Shown in pieces: positions 29,973 to 39,799 of a DNA stretch of 46,401 nt. Source of the DNA: a virus (Duplodnaviria > Caudoviricetes); the IMG/VR virus record IMGVR_UViG_3300033076_000578, positions 1 through 46,401 of that record; one strand, 5' to 3'. Position 1 is the stretch's first letter. Every line of letters begins with the position of its first letter. The notes beneath the pieces were generated by a model that was given only the letters and a program-made list of their open reading frames with translations, was not told the DNA's origin and searched no databases. A program made the position numbers and the translations under genes.

Positions 29973-32002
29973 TATAGTGCTCTTCCTTTAATATCTTTAT
30001 TTGGGTACTTAACTTCAAAAACACAAGGGTCTAATGATGGATATACAATCTTATCTTTAGTTGCTTGTTCTATGTTATATTTGTTTGTAGAATAATTTCC
30101 ATCACCACCACATAAATTATGTATTTTTACAGATGGAACACTCATTACACCTTCTACATTAGCTAATATTAATTCAATTTCTGAAATGTTTATTGGTTTG
30201 TTGAATGTCCAATTATCTATGTTGAAATAATCTTGCAATTGAATCAAACAATTTGCTATTACTTCATTTTTATTATAATTGGAATAACATATAATTTCAA
30301 AATCACATCCAACATTAACAATAAATCCGTTTATAATATTTACCGCATCTGTCATAATTCGGTATTCACCTAAATATGTTTTAAGATTTTGTTTGATTGC
30401 GGTATTTAAATTTGTAAGTTTTTTATTTTCATCATAACCCAAAACATACATATTAATTGCAAATGGGTTATTTATTTCAGATATTGCCGAACGTTTTTGT
30501 GAAAGATACTTAACTAATTCTTTTTGTATTTCCGATTGTTGTTTATCTTTTAAACTAGATACTATACCAACAAATTCTGAAATATTTTTTGGATTTGCAA
30601 GAATAGATGCGGGTGAATTATTATCAATTTCTCCATCTGGACTCACATATACTTTTGCAACACTACCGTATCTATTTGGCATGGATAATGCTCTTACAAC
30701 ATAATCTTGTCTTGTTACTGCTCTGTTTTGAGAACCAAATGTAGATAATGCATTTTGTCTAATTTCTTCAATTGATTCAGAACTTCTACCACCAATAGCA
30801 GGTTCTAAATTTTCAGCATAAACTGTTGTTTTTATATCGTTATAGGATGCTAATAAATCAGAAGATATTGATAAAAGGTCTTCTTCAAATTCTATTCTAC
30901 GAATCGTTGTTAAATCACTTGTATTAACATTTGATTCAACTCCACCTCCAACTAAATATTTTATTAAAAGAGTTTTACCAGCAGGAGCTATTCCAAACGT
31001 ATTTGTTTTTAAAAAATTGGATGGGTCAATCCCTTGATTCAATCTTTGAACTGAATTTGCTAAACCTAATCCTATGTTTTTTGTATTTGGTAATAGTTGG
31101 TCATCTGTTTTGTTAGTCCCACCACCATTTCCAAATTGTAAATCCATTGTATTATCTGAATTAACTTTTACAGAAAATCTACGAGGTACTTTTTGTACTT
31201 CTAACACGTATGGAACTGAACCAGAATACTGATTTAAATCTGAATTATATAATGTATTTGCTTTTTCAACAAATATACTTTCTTGTGCCAAATATGGAAC
31301 TTCATACCATATATCATTAGTATCAGTATCAACAACAGATGTTATACCTATAATATTTGTATCCGTTAAAGTTGTAGTTGGATAATCAGTATCGTTTGAT
31401 ACAAATGTAACAGTTGTAGATGCTTCTCTTGCCGATATTGCCTTTACAGTTTTTGAAATCAAATATCTTGTAGGATTACCATTAGAATCTCTTTCAAATA
31501 CACTAACCGAATTACTACCAGTTTCTGCAAAATTAACAGAATCGGTAGTTCTAAATATTATAGATGAATTTGTAGAAGATTGAATTTCCATTCCTTCTTT
31601 TATTCTCAAGTAATATCTACTGTCTGGAATACTATTTATACCAACACCAACCGATGGTACGATTTGATAAACCGTCATTGTAGTTACAGACGGTGTTGTA
31701 ACTTTTGGTTTATACCCCATTGTTTGTGCTAATGATACTACGTTTTTACGTTCCGTAGCATAAGCCAACATAGATTCTTTTAATTGAACATCTTGATAAA
31801 ATGACAAAATATCACCAATAGCAGCTGCTTGTTCTATAAGCACCATTCCAGGTGATGATTCATTAAAATCTGAATATGTATTTGGAAAATATGTTTTAGT
31901 ATATTCGATTAAGTTTTGCTTTAAAGTAGCAAAATCTTTACCAAGATAACTTATCTTTTTATTATCATTTCCCCAATTTTTATCTATCGGTTTAATTGCC
32001 AT
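29972..32002 (-). CDS. Baseplate wedge subunit (T4 gp6 / baseplate J-like)
   Basis: YLGKDFATLKQNLIEYTKTYFPNTYSDFNESSPG, LAQTMGYKP, LQFGNG, GG...ESIEEIR and QNRAVTRQDY. Confidence 0.88.
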   Translation of the reverse strand: MAIKPIDKNWGNDNKKISYLGKDFATLKQNLIEYTKTYFPNTYSDFNESSPGMVLIEQAAAIGDILSFYQDVQLKESMLAYATERKNVVSLAQTMGYKPKVTTPSVTTMTVYQIVPSVGVGINSIPDSRYYLRIKEGMEIQSSTNSSIIFRTTDSVNFAETGSNSVSVFERDSNGNPTRYLISKTVKAISAREASTTVTFVSNDTDYPTTTLTDTNIIGITSVVDTDTNDIWYEVPYLAQESIFVEKANTLYNSDLNQYSGSVPYVLEVQKVPRRFSVKVNSDNTMDLQFGNGGGTNKTDDQLLPNTKNIGLGLANSVQRLNQGIDPSNFLKTNTFGIAPAGKTLLIKYLVGGGVESNVNTSDLTTIRRIEFEEDLLSISSDLLASYNDIKTTVYAENLEPAIGGRSSESIEEIRQNALSTFGSQNRAVTRQDYVVRALSMPNRYGSVAKVYVSPDGEIDNNSPASILANPKNISEFVGIVSSLKDKQQSEIQKELVKYLSQKRSAISEINNPFAINMYVLGYDENKKLTNLNTAIKQNLKTYLGEYRIMTDAVNIINGFIVNVGCDFEIICYSNYNKNEVIANCLIQLQDYFNIDNWTFNKPINISEIELILANVEGVMSVPSVKIHNLCGGDGNYSTNKYNIEQATKDKIVYPSLDPCVFEVKYPNKDIKGRAL

Positions 32003-32004
32003 TA

Positions 32005-32442
32005 TTAATTATTTACGGTTATTTGTACTGATTCACCCAAATTTGGGTTTGAAGCTAATGAAAATTTAATATCCAAATTAATTGTATGGCTATCTATATC
32101 ATTAGTATCATAATCAAATAGTATTTCATTTATATTTAAATACGGTAACCAGGTAGATACTGCATCAACTATTGTGTCTTCTATTTGTTTATCTATTTCT
32201 TCTTCAATAATCGGTTCAAATAATAATCTCCAAATATCACAACCAAATTCAGGATTCATTAATCGTTCTCCTTTATGTGTAAGAATTAGATTTTTTAAAT
32301 TATCTTTAGCTTGGGTTAAAGTTGTATAATTAACGGCAAATATACCATTAGAATCGGAATTTCTATTAATACCAATTCCTAATATTTTGTAATCATTTTC
32401 CGTTAAATCTTGTACTTTTACTTTACCTAATTCTAAAGCCAT
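32005..32442 (-). CDS. Baseplate/sheath-initiator gp25 (GPW_gp25 family)
   Basis: KDNLKNLILTHKGERLMNPEFGCDIWRLLFEP...WLPY. Confidence 0.92.
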   Translation of the reverse strand: MALELGKVKVQDLTENDYKILGIGINRNSDSNGIFAVNYTTLTQAKDNLKNLILTHKGERLMNPEFGCDIWRLLFEPIIEEEIDKQIEDTIVDAVSTWLPYLNINEILFDYDTNDIDSHTINLDIKFSLASNPNLGESVQITVNN

Positions 32443-32984
32443 TATTTAAATCTTTTTACTAATTCAGAATAATCTCTTGTTAATGCTTTTACAGTTGCGT
32501 CTTGTAATGCATCACCTGTTGATTCTAATTGTTGTGGTATGTTTTGAGAAAATTGTGCTTCTCTATAATCCATAGTTTCCCACCCATCTTCATCAACACT
32601 CATTTGTGGTTGTATCATATCTAACACACTTGAACCACCACCCATTCCACCTTCTGCTCTTTGTTGTGCAGTAAATGGAGTTGTCATATTAAGAATTTCA
32701 TTTAATGCTGCATTCTTTGTATATTCCTTTTGTGGTTGTTGAACTCTTTGTTGTGGAACAGATGTTCTACTTTTTTGTAAAGCAGCACTTGCCGCAGCAA
32801 ATGGGTCTGTAGTTGCAATTGCCTCCTTTAATGTAGGAGCTTGTGGTTTTCTGTTAGAATTTAATGTAACTGCACCAGATTTAACAAGTTTCGTTAATTC
32901 CGAAATAACTTGCTGTCTAACCTGTGATTTAACTTCATTCTTAACCACTTCTTTAATAAGTGATAATAAAATGTCTGATTTCAT
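32442..32984 (-). CDS. Hypothetical protein
   Basis: Intact 180-aa ORF, stop abutting the gp25 start; preceded by TATATTTAT at 33008-33016. Confidence 0.7.
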   Translation of the reverse strand: MKSDILLSLIKEVVKNEVKSQVRQQVISELTKLVKSGAVTLNSNRKPQAPTLKEAIATTDPFAAASAALQKSRTSVPQQRVQQPQKEYTKNAALNEILNMTTPFTAQQRAEGGMGGGSSVLDMIQPQMSVDEDGWETMDYREAQFSQNIPQQLESTGDALQDATVKALTRDYSELVKRFK

Positions 32985-33007
32985 AATAAAATGTATTCGT
33001 TATGTTA

Positions 33008-33016
33008 ATAAATATA
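33008..33016 (-). promoter_or_regulatory. Putative phage late promoter motif TATATTTAT
   Basis: In the 44-nt intergenic gap ahead of the baseplate operon. Confidence 0.5.
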
Positions 33017-33028
33017 ATAAGTTTAAAT

Positions 33029-34084
33029 TTATCCTCCCCCAGTAGAAAGTGGAGTAGAAACAATTGGAGCAGGTGGTCTTTGAGCAATAGTTTCAGATAA
33101 AGTATCACTTACCGTAGTTAGAGAATCCTTTATAGTTTGTTTTATTGCAGCAGAATCTAACTTACCACCTTCTACCAAACCACCCGCAACATCTGTTACA
33201 GTTCCTGCTACAACATCACTTATAGTTTGGTCTTTTGATGCCAATTTGTTTTCTATTAAAGCAGCTGCTACTTCCGTTCCTAATAATACGGCAGTTTTTC
33301 CAGATGTTGCAATATCAATTAATCCTTTTAAATTCTTTTTTAATGATTTTTTTAATGTACTTGCCAAATTATCGCCTTTTACAACGGATACTGGATTTAC
33401 AAAATAGCCAACATATGGTAAAATTCCAGGAGCAGGTGGTGCAGGTGGTGGGTATTGTGATAAACACGTTATTATACCACTAACTGTTAGTAAATGTAAA
33501 GATGCACTTGCAATAAAACTCATTAACCAGGGTTGAACTGTACCCATAGCTGGAATCGTTATAGGTGTCCACACTCCAGGAAATATATTTATACCAAATG
33601 TAGTTTGTATGTTTTTTATAGTTCCTATACATGGTATAGTTGGAGTATCCACCAATGTTGTAAATGCAGGAGTCCAATATGCTAAGATTGCCGGACCAAT
33701 ATCTCTTAACAAATCTCCATTTTTACTTACGGATTGTGCCTTTAATATCCCTAATAATGTTGCAAACATAAGTGGTTTATTTCCTAAAGCTATCGGCATT
33801 CCACCTATTATTGTTTTACCACCTCTTATAACTTTATCATATTCATTTGTTAGTAAATAAGCAAATAGAGTATTATCAACACTATTTTTTATAAAACTTG
33901 CGGATTCTGCATCAAAATTTTTATTAATAGCAACATTTGCAGCAGCGGCAGTTATTCTTTTTGAAACCATCATTTCTTCAAAATCCAATGCCATAGCCAA
34001 ATAGAATTCTGTCCATGAATTGGTTGTATCCCCACCCATTAACAAATCTTTGGAAAAATTACCAATTGATGCTGCTATGCCCAT
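33029..34084 (-). CDS. Hypothetical protein (probably baseplate/spike-associated)
   Basis: Follows the spike gene directly; hydrophobic and Pro-rich core (YPPPAPPAPGILP). Confidence 0.55.
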   Translation of the reverse strand: MGIAASIGNFSKDLLMGGDTTNSWTEFYLAMALDFEEMMVSKRITAAAANVAINKNFDAESASFIKNSVDNTLFAYLLTNEYDKVIRGGKTIIGGMPIALGNKPLMFATLLGILKAQSVSKNGDLLRDIGPAILAYWTPAFTTLVDTPTIPCIGTIKNIQTTFGINIFPGVWTPITIPAMGTVQPWLMSFIASASLHLLTVSGIITCLSQYPPPAPPAPGILPYVGYFVNPVSVVKGDNLASTLKKSLKKNLKGLIDIATSGKTAVLLGTEVAAALIENKLASKDQTISDVVAGTVTDVAGGLVEGGKLDSAAIKQTIKDSLTTVSDTLSETIAQRPPAPIVSTPLSTGGG

Positions 34085-35311
34085 TTATTTACTTAAAAAA
34101 TTGGTAGAAGATAATAAAGTACTTAATTTTGATTGTATTGCTGCAAATTCGGAATTATTTATAGGTCCTGGTGGCATTCCGTAATCAGTTGGACCAGATG
34201 GTGTCCAATATGTTTGATTTAAAATTGCAGATATTAATTCGGTTAATATTTGAATCAATTCTCCACCCAATACCATTTGTTGAACGGCAGAACCCGCCTG
34301 TCCTTCACCACTATTTTTACCTAAAAATACTTTACCATTATTTGAATTTAAAAATATTTGGTTTCCACCTGCTGATTCAATTGTAACATTACCGGATGAA
34401 TGTAGATGAATTGGTTTAGCTGCATCAACTGAAAATGTACCATCTGTTATAATACCGGTGCTACCTTTTCCAAAAATAATAAATTCTTTTGCTTTTGCCG
34501 AAAGAATAACTCTATCTGAATTTACAAATAATTGGTCTCCACTAAAATCCGATGGGTAACCAGAAAATGCAGTTTTACTTTGTTTTACTGTTTCTTTAAA
34601 TGGAACTTTTGTTTTACCGGATACTATATAAACAGATGTTCCATCTTTATTGATGTCTTCATCAACTAATTCACCTATTTTTTTACTATCCAATTCAGGA
34701 TTTTGTTTATTTCTAATGAATATACCCGGATGAGATTTACCATCGGAAGATAAAAAGAATTCAGATAAACGAATTGTATTACCAACTCTACCACTTAAAA
34801 TAGTATCACCTTCTTTCGGATTTATAAATTTTATTTTTTCATTTACATCATATTTTTTATCATCTTTTGATGGAATATCAGTTTTTGTAAAACCACCCAT
34901 TGCGGCTGTTTTTTTAGGGTCATTTCCATCACCATTCTTACTACTACTATCCTTTTTAGTGTTTTTATTATTTGTATAATCTCTTCTATAGTTTGGATAC
35001 GGAGTATTTGTATATGGCAACCAAAAAGTTTGACTATGATTTCCAAACATTTTTAAAATTACAACAGTTTCACCTTTAATTGGAAATGTAAAATTATTTT
35101 TATCAAATGGCTTTGCAATATCATTTTTTTCATTACTATCCTCAAATATATAAGTTATTGCCCCATATAAACTTGCATCATCATTACTAAATTTGGTATT
35201 ATCATTATAAACAGAAACAGTATCATTTATATCATTACCAGATTTGTCATATTTTTTAAATTTTGTATTTGTTGGATAAACTACATCTACTGTTGCTAAA
35301 AATGTTTCCAT
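34085..35311 (-). CDS. Baseplate central spike/hub protein (gp5/gpV-like)
   Basis: FPIKGETVVI OB-fold strand, EGDTILSGRVGNTIRL, NSDRVILSAK, beta-helix-like repeats, and VLGGEL...TPSGPT C-terminus. Confidence 0.7.
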   Translation of the reverse strand: METFLATVDVVYPTNTKFKKYDKSGNDINDTVSVYNDNTKFSNDDASLYGAITYIFEDSNEKNDIAKPFDKNNFTFPIKGETVVILKMFGNHSQTFWLPYTNTPYPNYRRDYTNNKNTKKDSSSKNGDGNDPKKTAAMGGFTKTDIPSKDDKKYDVNEKIKFINPKEGDTILSGRVGNTIRLSEFFLSSDGKSHPGIFIRNKQNPELDSKKIGELVDEDINKDGTSVYIVSGKTKVPFKETVKQSKTAFSGYPSDFSGDQLFVNSDRVILSAKAKEFIIFGKGSTGIITDGTFSVDAAKPIHLHSSGNVTIESAGGNQIFLNSNNGKVFLGKNSGEGQAGSAVQQMVLGGELIQILTELISAILNQTYWTPSGPTDYGMPPGPINNSEFAAIQSKLSTLLSSTNFLSK

Positions 35312-35715
35312 TATAATTTAGTTTTTATATCTTCTATTTCAACTTGAATATCTAATAACTTTTCATCATTCTTTTTATCTATTTCATTAACAGTATCTTC
35401 TAATTCTGTTAATAACTGTGCCTTTTCATGCTCACTTAACCAACCATCTTCACCTATTCCTTTTGCTTCAGCAGCTGCTAATCTCTGTGCAATTGTTGCT
35501 AACTTAATCAAATGGTCATCATTCTTAATGGATGAATCAATTAAATCTCTAATAATAGGTGCAATTACAGTTGCCTCTCCTACATTTTTTATCAACTTAC
35601 GCAAAGATTCAATCATTTCTGAAATATTCTTTTTCTTTGTTTGTTGATTTTCGTAAATATCTTTAAATAATGATGATAAGTTTTTACCATCGAATAACTG
35701 AAATTCTGATGCCAT
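35311..35715 (-). CDS. Hypothetical helical protein
   Basis: Intact 134-aa helical/coiled-coil ORF coupled to the spike gene. Confidence 0.7.
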   Translation of the reverse strand: MASEFQLFDGKNLSSLFKDIYENQQTKKKNISEMIESLRKLIKNVGEATVIAPIIRDLIDSSIKNDDHLIKLATIAQRLAAAEAKGIGEDGWLSEHEKAQLLTELEDTVNEIDKKNDEKLLDIQVEIEDIKTKL

Positions 35716-35716
35716 A

Positions 35717-36493
35717 TTAAATTATGTTGTTTTCTATTATATAATTATAAAGTTCTTCACTTATTAGTTTATAACCGTTGGTATTGGGATGTTGTGTTGC
35801 GCGGGTATTGTAATTAGCATCTTGATACTCCCATATATCTAATCTATTTGTATTATTTAAAAAATCTCTAAATGTAATATCCATGAATTTCCAATAATTT
35901 TTTTTATTAATCAAATGTAATAAATTATCGGATTTTTCTACGTCTATTATAGTTGTTTCAAATGAATCACACATTAAATATTTTATACCATATTCTTCAA
36001 ACATCTTTTGTAAAAAAATAATATAATTTTGATTTACAATATTATAGTAATTTTGATTAAACATATTTGCAATAAAAAAATCTTTATATTTTGATAAAAA
36101 GTTATTATAAAGTTTATCATCACTTTTGTAGGAATTTATAAATTTATCAGGTGATTCTAATAAATGTTTTACAGACCAACTAATCCATTCTCCTTTTGGT
36201 AAAAATGGAACATAATCTCTTAAAGAAGAACTCCACATTATTATAACAAAATCTCCTTTTTTTACAATGCCATTTTGAATATCACGAATAACATCATTAA
36301 AAATTTTATTATTTGCATTACCGGAAAATGAATTGTTAATATATTCTAATTGTAATTTATCAGATAAAAATTTTAACCAAGAATTACTATTTCTAAATTC
36401 TTTTTTTAAAATTCTATCTGATATTTCATTTTCTATTTTTATATCACAACCTTCTCCCTCTGTCCAACTACATCCGTAACCGTATAAAATCAT
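35717..36493 (-). CDS. SGNH/GDSL-fold protein (putative acyltransferase/esterase)
   Basis: Block I GYGCSWTEG, block II INNSFSGNAN, VIIMWS, block V QHPNTNGYKLI. Confidence 0.7.
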   Translation of the reverse strand: MILYGYGCSWTEGEGCDIKIENEISDRILKKEFRNSNSWLKFLSDKLQLEYINNSFSGNANNKIFNDVIRDIQNGIVKKGDFVIIMWSSSLRDYVPFLPKGEWISWSVKHLLESPDKFINSYKSDDKLYNNFLSKYKDFFIANMFNQNYYNIVNQNYIIFLQKMFEEYGIKYLMCDSFETTIIDVEKSDNLLHLINKKNYWKFMDITFRDFLNNTNRLDIWEYQDANYNTRATQHPNTNGYKLISEELYNYIIENNII

Positions 36494-38187
36494 AATTTAC
36501 TAATTAAATAATTGTTTATAATTAAATAATCCATATCACAATTTAAAAATGTCCAAATTGCTTTCTTTGGGTCATTTGTTGTAGTATGTCCTTTTAGATT
36601 GAATGATGTATTTAATAAAATAGGAGTTCCACTAACTTTTTCAAATTCCTTTAATAGTTTATAATATAATGGATTTTGCTCTTCTCTAACCGTATGAATT
36701 CTTGCCGAACGGTCAACGTGTGTTACCGATGGAATATCTTTGTATCCAGTAACTTTAACAACTTGATTCATATAAGGAACTTCTCCTTCTGATTCAAAAT
36801 ATTTTGTGTAATCTTCGTAAGTTACCGATGGAGCAAATGGTCTAAACATCTCTCTCTTTTTGACAACTTTGTTTATTTTATCTCTAATATCAGAAAGATG
36901 TGGATTACCTAATATAGAACGATTTCCTAATCCTCTTGCACCAAATTCAGTTCTACCTTGAAACCATCCAACAATTGCACCGTTATTAATCATCTGTGCA
37001 GTTTGTTTTAATAATTCTGAATCAGATAATTTACGAATTACAATATCATCTATATTTTCTCTCAATACATCTTCTATTTCAGAATCACTAAATTCAGGTC
37101 CTAAATATGGTGATTGATTATCTCCGTTTAATTTTTTAGAATAACCAGAAATATCGTGCCAAACATATAAACATGCACCAATAGCAGAACCCGCATCCGA
37201 TGGAGCATACGGAATCCACACATCCTTTATAGATGTGTTTTGTTTAATCTTGCCATTAGCAGTTCCGTTGTATGCGCAACCACCACCTAATACTAAATTT
37301 TTACTTTCAATATATTCCGATGCATGGTTGATTATATAATAGAAACATTTTTCATACCAATTTTGAAGAGCAGATGCCAACTCCATATGATGTAATTCTA
37401 TTTCTGAATCAGGCATTCTAGGTTCAAACCCTATTAAATCAACCAAATTCATATTAAACATATCAGTATTAGAATATTGCCAAGTAAAATACTTTTGGTC
37501 TATACTAATAATATCTTCACCACCTAATTTTGTAAATGTTTCAAAAACATGCTCATAGTTTTTAGGAGTTCCGTATGGAGCTAACCCCATTACTTTATAT
37601 TCTCCCTCATTAGGTTTAAATCCTAAATAGGCAGTTATAGTTGAATACACTAAGCCCAAAGAATTTGGGAAATATACCGATTTTACCTCTCTAATACCAT
37701 CAATATCACACTTTGCTATGGAAATTGTATCCCATTCACCCACTCCATCTATGGAAATACCGATAGCATCATCATATGGTGATGTATAATAAGAAAGTGC
37801 TAAATGTGATAAATGATGTTTAACTTTGAATAATTTACCTTTAAAACCGATATTTTTCTCTAAAAATTTAGATAAATTACCTTCCGTTGCGTTAAATTCT
37901 TTTTTAAACTTAAACCAACCTTTAAAATTTGAAATCCATTTCTTACCTAATGTGTGTTTTACCCTATCATATTTCAATTCTGGGTTCTCATACCAACATA
38001 CGGTATCAACTTCATCAATTGTTATATTTGCGTACCTTAAACACCAAGCAATTGCCTTAAACGGAAAAGAGTTGTCATGCTTTATGCCTGACAACTTCTC
38101 TTCTTCTATTGCTGCTATTACCTTTCCATCTATTACTATTGTAGCAGCTGAATCGTGGTAAAAAGCAGATATTCCTAATTTAATCAT
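36490..38187 (-). CDS. O-carbamoyltransferase (NodU/CmcH/TobZ family)
   Basis: LGISAFYHDSAA, EEE, HHLSH, IDGVGE, SLG, EYKVMGLAPYG, GGCAYN, DAGSAIGA, EFGARGLGNRSIL, KKREMFRPFAP and LLNTSFN. Confidence 0.95.
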   Translation of the reverse strand: MIKLGISAFYHDSAATIVIDGKVIAAIEEEKLSGIKHDNSFPFKAIAWCLRYANITIDEVDTVCWYENPELKYDRVKHTLGKKWISNFKGWFKFKKEFNATEGNLSKFLEKNIGFKGKLFKVKHHLSHLALSYYTSPYDDAIGISIDGVGEWDTISIAKCDIDGIREVKSVYFPNSLGLVYSTITAYLGFKPNEGEYKVMGLAPYGTPKNYEHVFETFTKLGGEDIISIDQKYFTWQYSNTDMFNMNLVDLIGFEPRMPDSEIELHHMELASALQNWYEKCFYYIINHASEYIESKNLVLGGGCAYNGTANGKIKQNTSIKDVWIPYAPSDAGSAIGACLYVWHDISGYSKKLNGDNQSPYLGPEFSDSEIEDVLRENIDDIVIRKLSDSELLKQTAQMINNGAIVGWFQGRTEFGARGLGNRSILGNPHLSDIRDKINKVVKKREMFRPFAPSVTYEDYTKYFESEGEVPYMNQVVKVTGYKDIPSVTHVDRSARIHTVREEQNPLYYKLLKEFEKVSGTPILLNTSFNLKGHTTTNDPKKAIWTFLNCDMDYLIINNYLISKL

Positions 38188-38190
38188 AAT

Positions 38191-38880
38191 CTACATAGTT
38201 AAGTCTCCTGTTCTGTCAAATTCACTATATAACTCCATTTGTTTGTCTTTCATTTTATTAACAACTTTGGTTATATAATGAGTGGGATGACCAGTCATCT
38301 CTCTAATAAGTAGATATAAAGATTTTTTATTGAAATTTTCTATGTATTCTGCTCTCCTAAATAATTCCAAAACCGCATCTGCAATCTGCATATCACGTTT
38401 TTTTGGAAAATGATTTTCTAAATGAATATCCCAATATGCCAACATTCTTTTATTAAATGTACGGTATTCATCGTTAATTGTTTCTTCTTCCCAATTGTTT
38501 TCAGTATCCCAATTATCAGGTAAACCAGATATAATATCAGTATCTTTATATCTTTTATAATTTGCATTATTATTTAGAATCAAATAATTTCTTGCAACGA
38601 TAGTAAAATAAGAGAACGCCTTTCCTTTACCTGCTTTGTACATATGAATTTTTTCAATCATAAATGTAACAACCTCACTCATTACATCACGAGGGTCATC
38701 ATCAAAATATGAAAATTTCCATTTGTTATAAACTATTTCTGCTAATTTATCAAATGCAGGTTTAATTCTATCTCTATAAACTCTATCTTTAATACGTTGG
38801 TCATCTGTTGAATTATATTCAATTATAGCATCCTCTGTATCTTTTGTAAAATATTGTTTGTTTCTTGGTTTTCTTGGCAT
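38191..38880 (-). CDS. Phage sigma factor (T4 gp55-like late sigma)
   Basis: YFTKDTEDAIIEYN...KLAEIVYNKWKFSY...GKGKAFSYFTIVARNYLI resembles region 2 of gp55-like sigmas; C-terminal HTH-like IREMTGHPTHYITKVVNKM. Confidence 0.72.
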   Translation of the reverse strand: MPRKPRNKQYFTKDTEDAIIEYNSTDDQRIKDRVYRDRIKPAFDKLAEIVYNKWKFSYFDDDPRDVMSEVVTFMIEKIHMYKAGKGKAFSYFTIVARNYLILNNNANYKRYKDTDIISGLPDNWDTENNWEEETINDEYRTFNKRMLAYWDIHLENHFPKKRDMQIADAVLELFRRAEYIENFNKKSLYLLIREMTGHPTHYITKVVNKMKDKQMELYSEFDRTGDLTM

Positions 38881-38881
38881 T

Positions 38882-39133
38882 TTAATTAAATTGTTTGAAT
38901 CTTTCGATGGTTTCTTTTATTTGGTAAAATATTGAACCTACATCATCATCCTTCTCAAACATTTGTCTTTGGTCTATTTGACGTAATGCCTCCAGTAATG
39001 CTTCGTTTCTATCGATTTCTTTTTCAATAAAGTCTTCGTAACTTTCTAACTTTTTTAAGTTAATAAAAATAACATATCCTAATATTGAGGATAATGTAAA
39101 TAAAAATCCAATTGTTATATATAATCCTATCAT
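38882..39133 (-). CDS. Small membrane-anchored hypothetical protein
   Basis: N-terminal hydrophobic helix (aa 2-25), then a charged helical region. Confidence 0.7.
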   Translation of the reverse strand: MIGLYITIGFLFTLSSILGYVIFINLKKLESYEDFIEKEIDRNEALLEALRQIDQRQMFEKDDDVGSIFYQIKETIERFKQFN

Positions 39134-39134
39134 A

Positions 39135-39782
39135 TTAAACTACTTCGTATCCTTGTAAAAAATACTTATTTGCGTTTTTAAATTTAACCTCAACCATTTC
39201 ACCATCTGTTGATTTCATTACAATTAAATCATTTCTACCATAATTCTTTTTAACAGTACGAGTAGTTGAATAAACTCTATCTTTAATAGTAATACCATCT
39301 AAATGGTCAATTTCATGTTGAACAATAACTGTCATCATTGTTTCAGTTGAAACTCTTTCATTTGCTTTATCTCCTTCTGGATTAATTTCAAATGTTAATT
39401 CACCTAAATTATCCGTTTGAACTACAACTTTGGTAGAACGAATTGTTTTCAAAGGAGATGTTACTGTTTTTGGAATAGATAAACAACCCTCATAAAAAAT
39501 AAATCCATCTTTACTACGTTCTTTAATAATTGGATTCAATAAAAATAATTCAATACCATCTTCATCATCACCAAACTTAATATAACAGGCTCTTTTCTTA
39601 ATACCCAATTGAGTTGCAGAAATACCTAAACCTGGATATTTAATTAATCCTGCTTTTAGTGTTTCTTCCAATTCATTTGCTTCAATTGCAGTGAATGAAG
39701 AGTATGGTGTTGGTGTTTTTAAAAATTCTGTAAATTCTTTTGATGGTAATCCATTTGAATCTTTGTCTGTAATTAATTTCAT
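39135..39782 (-). CDS. def: Peptide deformylase with an extra C-terminal GRND domain
   Basis: Motifs GLGISATQLG, EGCLS and QHEIDHLDG. Confidence 0.93.
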   Translation of the reverse strand: MKLITDKDSNGLPSKEFTEFLKTPTPYSSFTAIEANELEETLKAGLIKYPGLGISATQLGIKKRACYIKFGDDEDGIELFLLNPIIKERSKDGFIFYEGCLSIPKTVTSPLKTIRSTKVVVQTDNLGELTFEINPEGDKANERVSTETMMTVIVQHEIDHLDGITIKDRVYSTTRTVKKNYGRNDLIVMKSTDGEMVEVKFKNANKYFLQGYEVV

Positions 39783-39799
39783 TTGTTTGTTTTTAAGTT

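Noticed and set aside
35311-35715. Terminase small subunit call for the 134-aa helical protein
   Set aside because: Size and helicity fit, but there is no diagnostic motif and no terminase large subunit nearby.
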